A stretch of DNA of 64,000 bases from Podarcis cretensis (lineage: Eukaryota). The stretch spans positions 53,072,001 to 53,136,000 of the forward strand of contig OX638156.1 of assembly GCA_951804945.1 (NCBI GenBank), read 5' to 3'. Positions 12,980 through 55,079 of the stretch are shown piece after piece; positions within the stretch are counted from its first letter, which is position 1; every line of letters begins with the position of its first letter. The notes beneath the pieces are model-generated. The model did not search any database and was not told where the DNA came from. It worked only from the letters and a program-made list of their open reading frames with translations. The translations under genes were made by a program, and so were the position numbers.

Positions 12980-14050
12980 GGCCTCATCAGTTTCTCGGGG
13001 GTGGCGGCAGCAGCTCCCTCCAGGGCGCCCCTCACGCATGCAACGTATGTCGCTCCGCAAACCCGGGTCAGGCACCATCCTAGCACTCCTTCGCCCCGCC
13101 CGCACCCCCGTCATTCGGCACCTTTTCAACAGCCGCTTCTACCCCGCGCGGGGCCTCCGTGGACTTCGCGCCGCCAAGCCGGGCAGGCCCTTCGCCCCGC
13201 CGAGAGCCCTCACTGAGGTGCGGAGCCTTCCTTACCCGGAGCGCGTGGTTCCCTGCGCCGCCGCCGCCGCCTCTCTCCCTTGCCTGTGCGCCGCTGAGGC
13301 CCGAGGCCCGTGAGGGCGAGTGCGTGAGGCCTCTCGCCCGGCCGCCCGCCTGCCTCGCTCGCTCGTTCGCTCGCCCAGGGGGCAGCGGGCCTTTACGAGT
13401 GCCGGCGTCGCCTCCTCCGGCTCGCCCGCTCCATGGCCCACCCGCCTTCCCGACGGCTCTCGCTGCCTCCTCGCTGTCCCGAGCGCCGATTCGCCAGCGG
13501 TGCCTTCCTCGTCCGCCGCGGTGCCTGCCTCGCTCGCTCGCTCTCTCGCCCAGCCAGCGCCGTTTCCTCCCTTCCCACACACACAGCCCCAGCCTCCACG
13601 GCCACCGCCGCTGTTGCTCTCGCCACCAGAGCTGAGCTTCCCCATTGGCCCAATGAGACACTCCGTCTCATTGGCTGCCGGCACAGCAACGATATAGGGT
13701 GGGACGTAAGAGGGGAAGGAGGGGTGAGCAGGGAGGAGGAGCAGCCGCAGACACCGGAGTGACGCGAGCGCGCGTGCGACGCGATTAAAGGAACGTTGCT
13801 TTTCCTCGGAGCGCGCGGGCGCAAGGAGGAGGGACCCGATGGGAGGGGGGAAAGCAAATCTTGGGATTGGGCAAACGGATTAGCGCGTCGTTGATGACAA
13901 GCGCGTGATGGACGTCACGTGTTTGAAAGTTCTTTCCCCTCCCCCCTTTCCCTCCCTACTTCTTCTGAGCTGCGGTTGCTATGGGTAACCCATTCAGGGC
14001 CTAATCGCTAGAAGTCGGGCCTAGTCCGGGCGAAAGCCTTTTCTCCGAGC
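12980..14050. promoter_or_regulatory. CpG island / promoter of the minus-strand gene (putative ANKRD11)
   Basis: Very high GC and CpG density against AT-rich flanks; CCAAT/ATTGG at 13644-48, 13650-54, 13670-74, 13866-70; GACGTCACGTG (CRE-like plus E-box) 13911-21; RFX-like GTTGCTATGGGTAAC 13975-89. Confidence 0.85.
13236..13620 (-). other. ANKRD11: Putative non-coding first exon of ANKRD11 (5' end approximate); its intron 1 runs from 13235 off the left edge of the window
   Basis: CpG island; minus-strand splice donor TCCGG|GTAAGG at 13236/13235; CCAAT boxes just upstream. Gene name rests only on the conserved head-to-head ANKRD11/SPG7 arrangement; no coding exon is in the window. Confidence 0.6.
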
Positions 14051-14297
14051 TAATCAAGGCCTCCCTTTCCTTTCTTCTCATCTTTTCTCTTCTCATTTAA
14101 ATATAGCTGTCGTCTGCTTTGCTGTGTCTCTGCTAGGTTGCGAATAAATCTGCGTGGGCTCGGTGGGGTGGCTTCATCATTTCCCCAAACCCTCAAAATC
14201 AAATATATTTTGACAGTACCGAAAACAATCTATAAGATGTTCTGTCTTGCTTTCCCTTCTCATCCACCCAAAGTAAAGTCCAACACTATTGTAGCTA

Positions 14298-14460
14298 GTT
14301 ACAGATAGGTAGCCGTGTTGGTCTGCCATAGTCAAAACAAAATAAAAGAAAAAAATTCCTTCCAGTAGCACCTTAAAGACCAACTAAGTTAGTTCTAGGT
14401 ATGAGCTTTCGTGTGCATGCTACTGGAAGGAATTTTTTTCTTTTATTTTGTTTTGACTAT
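14298..14460. mobile_element. Short Penelope-like element remnant with inverted terminal duplication
   Basis: GTAGCCGTGTTGGTCTG...TAGCACCTTAAAGACCAAC...ATGAGCTTTCGTG resembles reptile Penelope termini (recalled); perfect 43-bp inverted repeat; 13-bp flanking direct repeat. Confidence 0.7.
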
Positions 14461-16059
14461 TGTAGCTAAATCTCCTTTGGTCCAGTCTATGCATGCTTGC
14501 TTAGGAGTAAATGCCATTTGAGTTCAGTGGGGTTTACTGCCACCTAAACATGCATGGAATTGTAACCTTGTTTGTTTCTTTGTTTTAAAAAATGCAGTAA
14601 AATGGCTACATACAAATTCAATAAAACAGAGAATACAGCACAAAACAATACATAGTATAACAATGTATTGTTGCCTTTAATTGTAACCTTTAAGATGCTC
14701 ACAAAAAGCAATTGTTAAGCAGGATTGTATTGCTACTAACAGTGTAGAATCTAAACAGTGAAAAGCTAAACTAAAGCTACTAGTGTTTCATCTGACTGAT
14801 TCTGATTGCTGGGAATTTTTTGTCTTATTTAGCTTGTGACATTGGTAGAGAGCTGTGTTTGTACACCATTGAGTCATTGGAAACTTTTCAGAAATCTAAG
14901 CAATAGCAAGGAATAGCTCCCCCCCCCCCGGCTGCTGCTACAGCATTAATGGGGGGGGGGGGAGAGAGAGAGAGTAACTAGCACTTCCAGGCTTGCCCAC
15001 ACTGCATTTCAGGTTTGAATTAAGCTAATAGAAGCAGTGATAGAGAAATAGCATGTCACTTACTTGCTTTGACTAAAATTTTCAACCCTTGGTAGTAAGA
15101 GAAGAAAATGGTCAAGTCTGACTTCTTTTGACAAACTTGTATATTGCTACTGGTAGAGGAAATGAGGCCCATTTTCCCCTCACAGGTGACCTACTATGGG
15201 ACACTAGAGTAATGGAAATACCTTAACTTCACTATTAAGCTTTCTGTGGCTTTCCCTGCTATGAGTTTTGTCCCTATGTTTCTCTCGCTAGATGCCATAT
15301 CATACAAACTCTCAAAGGAAAAATGACACATTATTCCCAAAGAGTCGCATTGTTAGTCTCTGCAGTGTTGTATGCAAGCAGAGGCATACCTAGGCTCCCT
15401 TGTGCCCTGTATTGGTGCCCCCTCGTCCCCCCACACCAGCAACTGGATTCCTCCAAGGCACCCAGAGAAGCTTGTGCACCTTGCCTGGCAGCCCAGAGCA
15501 GTGGAGGAATGGTCCACAAAATGCGCAGAAGGACTGGTGGGCTCTAGCCACACCATGCCTGAGTGGAGGGATATGGTTTTTGCACCCCTACAGGACCTGT
15601 GCCCTTGGCTTGGCAGGTGCAAACCTGGCCAACCCCTAGATGCAAGTTATATTATTTTTTTTATTGCCACGTCTTAATAGGCAGCTTCTCTTTTTTTCCC
15701 TTTTTTTCCGCCCTAAATATATTTGGCAGTAATAATTCTTCTGAAGAAGCATTAATGTTTCTTCTGGGTCAGAGATCTTGCAATAAATAGAGTGAAGCTT
15801 TAAGCCTCCCATGAGGCAGCAGAGACCTTTTATTAAAGAAGGCCATCTAGCAGTTCTTGATTTTATACTCTGGAAGAATTTAAAGGTTCCTATAAGTTAA
15901 AATTAAATCCTCACGAGGGTGGGTCTTTCTTGTTCAAGGATGAGTGCATGTGGAATTCATTACTATATAAAAGAGTCTTGAGGCATCTTTAAGATAAACA
16001 GATTTATTGTGGTGAAAACTATGCAGACTTACAATCTGGTTAGCTATGTCTACTCAGAA

Positions 16060-16380
16060 GTTGTTGGCATCTGTCTGTCTCAAGAGACAATGGAGTGTGC
16101 CTCCGGGTGTGAAATCAACCCACTGCGTTAGCAGCACCAAAGTGACTTATTCAGGGTGCAAACCCGGGCAGTGTGTATAGAGGTCCTGGGCTGCCCAGAA
16201 GACAAAACCCCCATTTCAGCCTCGCCGATTTGGTCCAAAGGAAAGCAGAGCAATACGTTTGGTACTAGTTTGGCTGCATGAGTTGCCAGAAGTGTACAAG
16301 GAGCCATCCAACTGTTTTTGGGACTCTACTCCGGAATTGTGTAGGTTTAATCTTTAGCCTTTTATTCTCCCAAATATATC
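16060..16380 (-). mobile_element. Probable RTE-clade LINE-derived non-autonomous element
   Basis: GTTGTTGGCATC-type tail and internal sequence recalled as a common lizard interspersed repeat; interrupts a copy of the short palindromic repeat (CTATGTCTACTCAGAAG at ~16043). Family assignment unverified. Confidence 0.45.
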
Positions 16381-17257
16381 CTGAAAGACTGAGGGTGTGA
16401 GACTCATTGGCTACCCACACATAGTTTAGGTAGCCAGAATGTAACAAGGACTGAGAGATTGGGGGGGGGGGCTCATGTAATCTCACTGTAAACATGTGGT
16501 ATAGTGTCAATAAAGTATTTATATTTTCTATTAAGCCATTTCCTGGGGTGTGGCCACTGTTTTATGCTGACAGTTTCTAGGAGCCATAGGTGTCAGCTGA
16601 GTGCAAGGTTGACAAACTACCCCAGAGGAAACAAGACATGTCCCCCTGCAAAAGTACTACCCCTTCCCTAACACTTAGAAGTACCCCACTTAGAAGTACT
16701 ATTTAATTCAATGAGCCTTACTTGCAACCCTAACCCCCGCTTCATCCCATGCATTAAGTGCTACCTCCAGTTAACCAATCTACATAGATTATCAGTAGAT
16801 AATACAAAATGTAAACAGTGAGGCCAAATGGTTGTGAAATGCAGTAGTCTGATAATTTTATGTAAAGCTTAAATGTATTTAAGATGCTAAACATTCCTAG
16901 CAGAAATAATAAATGATACTACAATCTTCCTAGCTTTATTGTGCTAATTTAACATTGTAGTGTGAGTTTTGTTACCAACTCGGTTTTAAAAGTAGGTAGC
17001 TGCATATGGGAGAGGGAATGAACAAGAGAAGTGCCTGGATATGGATTTTTTTTCACAATGAACTGATTTCCTAAGATAAAGCAGCTTTCTGCTTAAAACT
17101 TTGCCTTCTTTATAGCAATGTGAGATATTTATAAAACATGAGAGAAAACAGAGTAGCCCTGGAATTCTTTAGAGGCAGACTATCTAACGCCTTTGCAACA
17201 GATGACATGCAGCCCAATCCTATCCATTTTTACTTGGAAATAATTTATGTTGGTTTA

Positions 17258-17629
17258 AAGGTAAAGGTAAAGGTAAAGGTACCCCTGACTGTTAGGTCAA
17301 CTCACGGACGACTCTGGGGTTGTGGTGCTCATCTTGCTCTATAGGCCGAGGGAGCCGGCATTTGTCCGCAGTCAGCTTCCGGGTGATGTGGCCAGCATGA
17401 CTAAGCCACTTCTGGCAAACCAGAGCAGCGCACGGAAACGTGGTTTACCTTCCCACCGGAGCGGTACCTATTTATCTACTTGCACTTTGACATGCTTTAA
17501 AACTGCTAGGTGGGCAGGAGCTTGGACCAAACAATGGGAGCTCACCCCGTCGCAGGGATTTGAACCACCGACCTTCTGATCGGCAAGCCCTAGGCTCACT
17601 GGTTTAGACCACAGCACCACCTGTGTCCC
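17258..17629 (-). mobile_element. Full-length Sauria SINE with 10-bp TSD
   Basis: (ACCTTT)n tail, tRNA-like A/B boxes on minus strand, TSD TGTTGGTTTA at 17248-57 and 17630-39. Confidence 0.95.
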
Positions 17630-17813
17630 TGTTGGTTTAGTTTGGACTTATTGCCAAATAAAGATTGTAAACTTTAAAAAATCATTTTCTGTTAAATCTT
17701 CTCTAGTTGCTGTCAGCACAAAAGGCTTTTATTAAATATTTAACTGGAAGTCATCTTGTTATTTTAATAAGTCACTTTATCCTGATGTCACAGAATCATT
17801 CACTGTGTGACTC

Positions 17814-17871
17814 GTTGCTGTTTAGTCGTTTAGTCGTGTCCGACTCTTTGTGACCCCATGGACCAGAGCAC
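17814..17871 (-). mobile_element. 3' terminus of RTE-BovB LINE
   Basis: Minus strand reads CCATGGGGTCACAAAGAGTCGGACACGACTAAACGACTAAAC, the characteristic BovB 3' end. Confidence 0.85.
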
Positions 17872-19340
17872 AGAGGAGTATTAATGTATGGGAATTATGT
17901 TCTGCCAAACTGACTTTAGTTTATTTACTAACTAGTGTATATTGATAGTGAACATGGCTGAGAGTTTGTGAATAGGATTCTGTGGGGAAGTGGGTTCCCC
18001 CTTCTGCTTTTAATTGTCCATCTGTTACACTGTAATAATATACAGGTCTCCTCAGTAGTAAGATCTGTTGAGTTCAATGGAACTTGCTCACAGGTAATTG
18101 TATAAGATTGCAACCTTCCTCACTTGTAGCTCTAGTTGCACAACGTAAAGCACAATGTAGTTGACTGTGTTATTGATAGAGGCAAACAGGCTCCTGTGGC
18201 TAGGTAAGCATCTTGGTGTCTATTTTCTAAGCAGGAGGCATTGATCGTGTGATGGTCTCCTATTTCAATCGCTATTCTTATGCCACCAAATTATGTACCT
18301 TGGTTGGTTTAGGTGCAGCAGACTTACAAGTGCTTATTCTGACTTGTCTGCTGTCTATAATCTCTGAGACCCTTACATTGCATGAGTGGCAGTGCCATGA
18401 AATTAAACATGAAGTTCAGGCACTGGCATGAGTAAGGGTTACATTTATTGTCAAACAGTAGCTTCCTTTTTGCCTGGTTGCATCTCATCCTATACAATGT
18501 GTACCTTTTATAAAGGGGAAAAAAAGCATAATTAGGGACAGCTGTAGAAACTGGCATCTGCCTCACTCTTAATGATCTGCTTCAGATTTTAAGCCCATTA
18601 ACTGTCCATAGTGCCTCTGTCATAAAATATGTTGATTAAAGTGGCCCCATATGAAGACAAGCCTTTAGGATTTAACTTTAATAATCAATATGCATTCTTT
18701 TATATTTACAATATGGGTTATATTTATAGCTTCACCTGTGAAATGTTTCACACAACTGTTGCAGGTAAATTATTCTCATGACCAACTCCGTCCAGCAGCA
18801 GTAAAATCACTTTCAAAACACTGCCCTTTCCCCACCAATATCTTCCAATGATGTCATAGCTGGAGAATATCCCAGTAATGCCAGCCTGGATCAGGCTATA
18901 TCTGTGTTATCTGAATACTGGATATGTTCCCAAAAGAAACCTTATTACCATTCAAATGGCATTGAATTAAGTCACCTTTTTTCAAGGTTGCATTTCACAT
19001 GTTCAAATAGTGGATGCTAATGCTTGCAATTATGTAATCCATGTAGTACATCTCCAGCTATATTAATTTGGAACTGTTGCTATTAAGCTTTGTTCTGGAG
19101 CCAAAACAGATAGTACTCATGAGATGTTAGAATTACAGGCCTAAGTCAGGACAAGGTAGAAGGCATTATGAGGAACCTGGGATAATTGTACCCTGTTTTG
19201 CTTAGGGCTTTATCCCAATTGCTTTAGCATGCTTCACATATGCCAATGCCTCAATGTTATTTGGGGCTACCTGGACATCCAAAACTTGATTTTAGCACCA
19301 CACACAAAAAGTGTTGTGATTGTGAATACTGCAGTTCATG

Positions 19341-19693
19341 AAAGGTAAAGGTAAAGGGCCCCTGACCATTAGGTCCAGTAGCACATGACGCTGTGGTTGT
19401 GGCGCTCATCTTGTTTTACTGGCCAAGGGAGCCAACATTTGTCCGCAGACAGTTTTCTGGGTCATGTGGCCAGCATGACTAAACCGCTTCTGATGAAACC
19501 AGAGCAGTGCACGGAAATGCCATTTACCTTCCTGCCAGAGCGGTACCTATTTGTCTACTTGCACTTTGATGTGCTTTCGAACTGCTAGGTTGGCAGGAGC
19601 TGGGACCGAGCAAAGGGAGCTCACCCCGTCACAGGGATTCAAACCGCTGACCTTCCGAACAGCAAGCCCAAGAGGCTCAGTGGTTTAGACCAC
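19341..19693 (-). mobile_element. Sauria SINE, slightly 5'-truncated
   Basis: AAAGGTAAAGGT tail; colinear with the 17258 copy. Confidence 0.93.
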
Positions 19694-22111
19694 TTGTTGA
19701 CTAACAAAATTATTATATATAAAAAAATCCTGTTTCTCTAGATAGAAGATGTATTGTGAATGCAAAAAAGTATTTGTCTGTTGAACTTCATACCTTCTAG
19801 TACTAGATATTTGTGGTGGAGGCAGAAGAGTAATATTTTTCAACTCACCTCCAGTCAAGTAACTTGCCACCCACCCCCATTGTTGGACCCCTATCATTAG
19901 TCAATGAAAAGGCACTTCTGTCACACCAGTTATAACTAAAGCATAACATGGAAACTAAGATAATCCTGTAATCTTAAGGATGCTCACTTTAAAATAACCT
20001 CCAGCAAAACCAGTAAGATTTACTTATGGGGAAAAAAGTGTGAATGCAAAATACACTATATTTTCCATAACTCTTAACATGTGAGGCAACACTCACCTCC
20101 CCTTGCCCCCACCCAGTGCACATCCGTTCTGTTCCCCAACTTAATGGTTTTATTGTGCTCCCATATTTAATGTCTTACATTTCAGCAAATTACATCCCAA
20201 TGTAGGGATGCAGATTTTGTCTGGCTACCAGAGTTTAATTGTAGCCACTTGAATTTCATGTCTATTAATGAAGCTGTTGGTCAGTTAAGCCAGTAGTAAT
20301 ACTGACTTCTAATATGATACAAAAAAGGTTATTTAGTAACAGACTCCTAGTTTGATTTGAAAGTTTACCCAGACACATCCCAGAGGAAGCCAGTTAACAT
20401 CCTGGGTGTGTCTGTCACAAATATGGTCACTGAGATACTTCAGTGGGAGAAGTGAGAGTTTTGCAACACTATTGTTGTTTGGGAGTGATTGTTGCTATGT
20501 TATCCCTACAGAAAATAACTTGTTTAGGGAAGAAGAGTCTGACAGCTTTCTGCCAGTGAAATTGTGAAAGCCTCACAGCACTGCAGACCTGTTCTTCAAG
20601 CAAATTTAATGGCTTTAAATTTGTACACGGAAGCATACCATTAACTTGAAGGTGACATCAGTGATCTTATAACTCTATCAACAGCCTTGTTCTGTTGCTC
20701 AACTCTTAAGAAATGTCTCCTGCTTACCCAGCTTTTTTTTTTAATAAAAAAATTGCAAATTTAATCCCTTGCTTTTTCCTCATTTGTTTTGGGGGCCCTG
20801 GAGGGATCGAAGGTGTGTGTGTTTTGTGTGCAGGTTCAATAGGAGCCTCTGAATGAAGCTAACACCCTTTTAATAACCCACATGTGCCCTACATGCAAAT
20901 TTAAAACATACTACGCCCAGTGTGGGAACCAGAATTAATATATGTGTTCTGTGATGCTGAACCTTCCCACTTCCTGTATTTAAAAAACCACCAATGTACT
21001 CTCTTAGTGTTGTTTGTTTTTCTAAAACTATTATAATTTTTCATTTTCTTCATACTTTATGATCCATTATCTGTTGTGCACTTTTAAACTTCTGACAGTG
21101 TGTGCATAAAACTATACATGCATGTCAATGTAATTATGATGACAAAGTAAATATGATGCATCATTAAAGCAAAGCTTGTGAATAGCAGTTATTGTGTCCA
21201 AGAAAATGAAGCAAGGTTTTGAAATCTGGTTCTCTGCTTTGCCACACACTTTTGATCTGAATGTACAAACCATGGCCTCTAGAAAGCTAGCTTTCAGCCT
21301 AAGTTTCAGGATTAGAAAGCAGTGCCTGGCTGATGGAGTAGTTACTCGCCTTCACATAGCTATCTGTAATGTGTGCAGCAGCAAATTTCTAAAAGGTGGT
21401 GATATAGAAGGATATAGTGTGTAGTCAGAAATCTATTTAAATCCAAGTACAGCAGCTTAATCGGTTTGTGTATATTTCATCAGTGCGGTGTCGAGTTCAA
21501 GTCACTGGGGAAATGCTGCTGCTATCCTAGTTCCACAAATAGGAAGCTGAAACCACCTTCCTTTCACAAATATAGCTGAAAAACAACTTCACGCTTATTG
21601 AGCTGAAAGCGTTACAGAGTCCTGAACTGTCAAAGATGCAGTAGGGGAACAGCTTGCAGAAATAATGTACGATTTTGTCCCTTCAGTTTTATTCCCATCC
21701 TCAGATGACTGGAATTTAATGTTAAGTCTTAAAAAACAGTAATAATGACGAGCGAAACAGCGATGTCCAGATATCTCCCTAGCTCCTCTCTTCCCCCCCC
21801 CCCCGGGTCAAAAAGAAGAAATGCAAGTTTTGAAAAGTGTGTCTGAGGGGAGGCGGCCGCACTTAAAAGAGTGCATATTTCTGGGCCGAGCGTGGGCGAA
21901 GTCTGGGCCCCGCGTTTCCCTCCAGCCGAATTTCCCATTAGGTGAAAACAGCCAGGCGCGGCCATCTTGAGAGCGGGCTACGCTGAGCGGCTGCCAGCTT
22001 TTAAGATGGCGGAAGCCGCCTCCTTTCCAGCCTCCGCTCGGCTTTCTCGCCAGGCCCCCGTCTGGATCTCACCGTCCGCACTGGGGAACTGAACAGCTCG
22101 GAGTCTGGACC

Positions 22112-53219
<31,108 letters not shown>

Positions 53220-53713
53220 CAATGGCCAAGTGAGAGAAGGGACTGAGCAGCTTCCTTTCTGAACTAGAGGCGCAAAGAGAGTTATTTCATGCCTGTGTGT
53301 AGGCTGCTCTGCTCATATTTTGTGATGGGCTGCGAGCAGGGTTCAGCTTCCCCTGCTCTAAAAATGATCAAGCTGTGGTTGATGTATGTTCATGGGCTCA
53401 TCAAGGCTCATTGGGAAGGGTCCCAGTGCCTCTGGGTCACCAGGTTAGTTATGGGAATGTGTGTGGTCAGTCTGGGCAGAACCAGCCATTGTGTCACAGT
53501 CCTCCCACAAAAGCAGCTGCTGTGCTCTGCTTCATCTTTTTTTTTCTGGTGCCACACACTGCAACCCTCCTTTGACATGATAGCAATAGCTGTATCACTA
53601 GCACCCGGAGTTTAATGCTTCTCCCTAGAACCAACAACACAAATATTTCCCTGATTTTTACGCATGTCTCTTGAGGTGTAGAAAGTCTGATATGGACAAT
53701 GGAGATGTAGATT

Positions 53714-53786
53714 TCCTTTGACCTATGTCACCATGCCACAAAGATATAGGTCCTTTGACCTATGTAACTCTGGCCACAAAGATAGG
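53714..53786. repeat. Imperfect ~37-bp tandem duplication in the SPG7 3'UTR
   Basis: TCCTTTGACCTATGT...GCCACAAAGATA occurs twice back to back. Confidence 0.85.
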
Positions 53787-54617
53787 GGCAGGCACAACCT
53801 CTGAATGCTGGTGGGGCTCCCTGGAGTGACTTGGAAGGGAGAGAGAATCCTCAAGCCTTTCGGAGAGTACTCTGGCTGGCTGGTAGCTTCTGGTTCTTAC
53901 ACACAGGCCTTTAGACTGAATGTGTCTCTAAAGCAGCTTGTAACAGGAGTTGGGTGGGGGGAGGGATAGACAGTTTCCTGCTGTACAATAACAGCTGAAG
54001 AAGGGAGGTGGAGTGGAGAGAGAAAAGGACTAGCTGTATTTTCAAACACACTCCATAGATTATTTCCATGAGGACTATTGTCTGTATCCTTATACAACCC
54101 TTGTCCAGATTTTCCTCCACTCCTGCCAATATTTAATTGGCAGTTCTCAAAACTGCCTCTTTTCTGAGACTACACTCATGCATAGATGGGATGAGCGTGC
54201 ACACATTTGCACTCTGAATTGCCTCAACGTGAGGGGAGTTTGCTCTTTAGAACTGCGGCTATCAAAATCCCTGGAGATATGATCCTCCTGAATATGTCTT
54301 TCAACATGTGATATTGCACTACGACATAAAAGAAAACCAAGCATTTCAGCACTGGTCTGTAAGCAGTCCCTTTCTCCATCTCCCCCAGTGGGCCTTGAAA
54401 GAAAAGTCATTGGTGATCTGTGTGTACCACCTAGTGGTCTATTGACATATTTGTACCAAATTGCTGTATATCTGTGACAATATCTGTGAGGCAATATGCC
54501 AAGTTTCTGAATCACAGTGGCAGTAATTTAGCCCATTTCCCTCCAAGAGGGAGCCAGACTCGCCAGACTCACTGGCAGTAGCTAAGCTTTAGCACAAGGG
54601 TGCTTAATGCTTTGGCT

Positions 54618-54742
54618 CATGGAATTGCAGAGATGAAAGGGATCCCAAGGGCCATCTAGTCCAGCCCCCTGCAATGCAATGCAGGGATGTTAGCTAAATC
54701 ATACATGACAGATGGCCATCTCGCATCTGCTTAAAAACCTCC
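54618..54742 (-). mobile_element. CR1 3' fragment inside the probable SPG7 3'UTR
   Basis: GAAAGGGATCCCAAGGGCCATCTAGTCCAGCCCCCTGC is the reverse complement of the CR1 tail. Confidence 0.75.
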
Positions 54743-55019
54743 ATCTATAGTGGCATCATATTTAAAGAAATTCAGGAGCAAGAAAGTCATGTTAAATTTA
54801 ATTGTGCTTGGTCTTGGCATCTGAAATGGTTGGTATGTTTTTCCAGTTGGGTATTTCTCAAGAAAATGAATTTGAAAATTGTTCAATTGAAGAAGTTGTC
54901 ATTGGAGGAGGGATGGTGAGAGAGCCACAAGTGTTCCCCACCTTGATTTTTCCACTTTTCTTATCTTTCCAAGAGTTCCTGCTCAATGTATTTATAAACC
55001 ATGACCTAGCACAAACTGC

Positions 55020-55079
55020 AATAAATCTCTGTCATCTCAGCTGCTTGTACCTTTGCCATCTATTAAAAAATGAAATAAA
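55020..55079 (+). terminator. Cluster of poly(A) signals, likely SPG7 3' end (~1.8 kb 3'UTR)
   Basis: AATAAA 55020-25, ATTAAA 55062-67, AATAAA 55074-79; the first such hexamers I noticed after the stop. Confidence 0.55.

Noticed and set aside
12883-13857. Many long overlapping ORFs (up to 193 aa) on both strands
   Set aside because: Expected from stop-codon depletion in a CpG island; low-complexity Arg/Pro/Ala/Gly translations with no recognisable domain.
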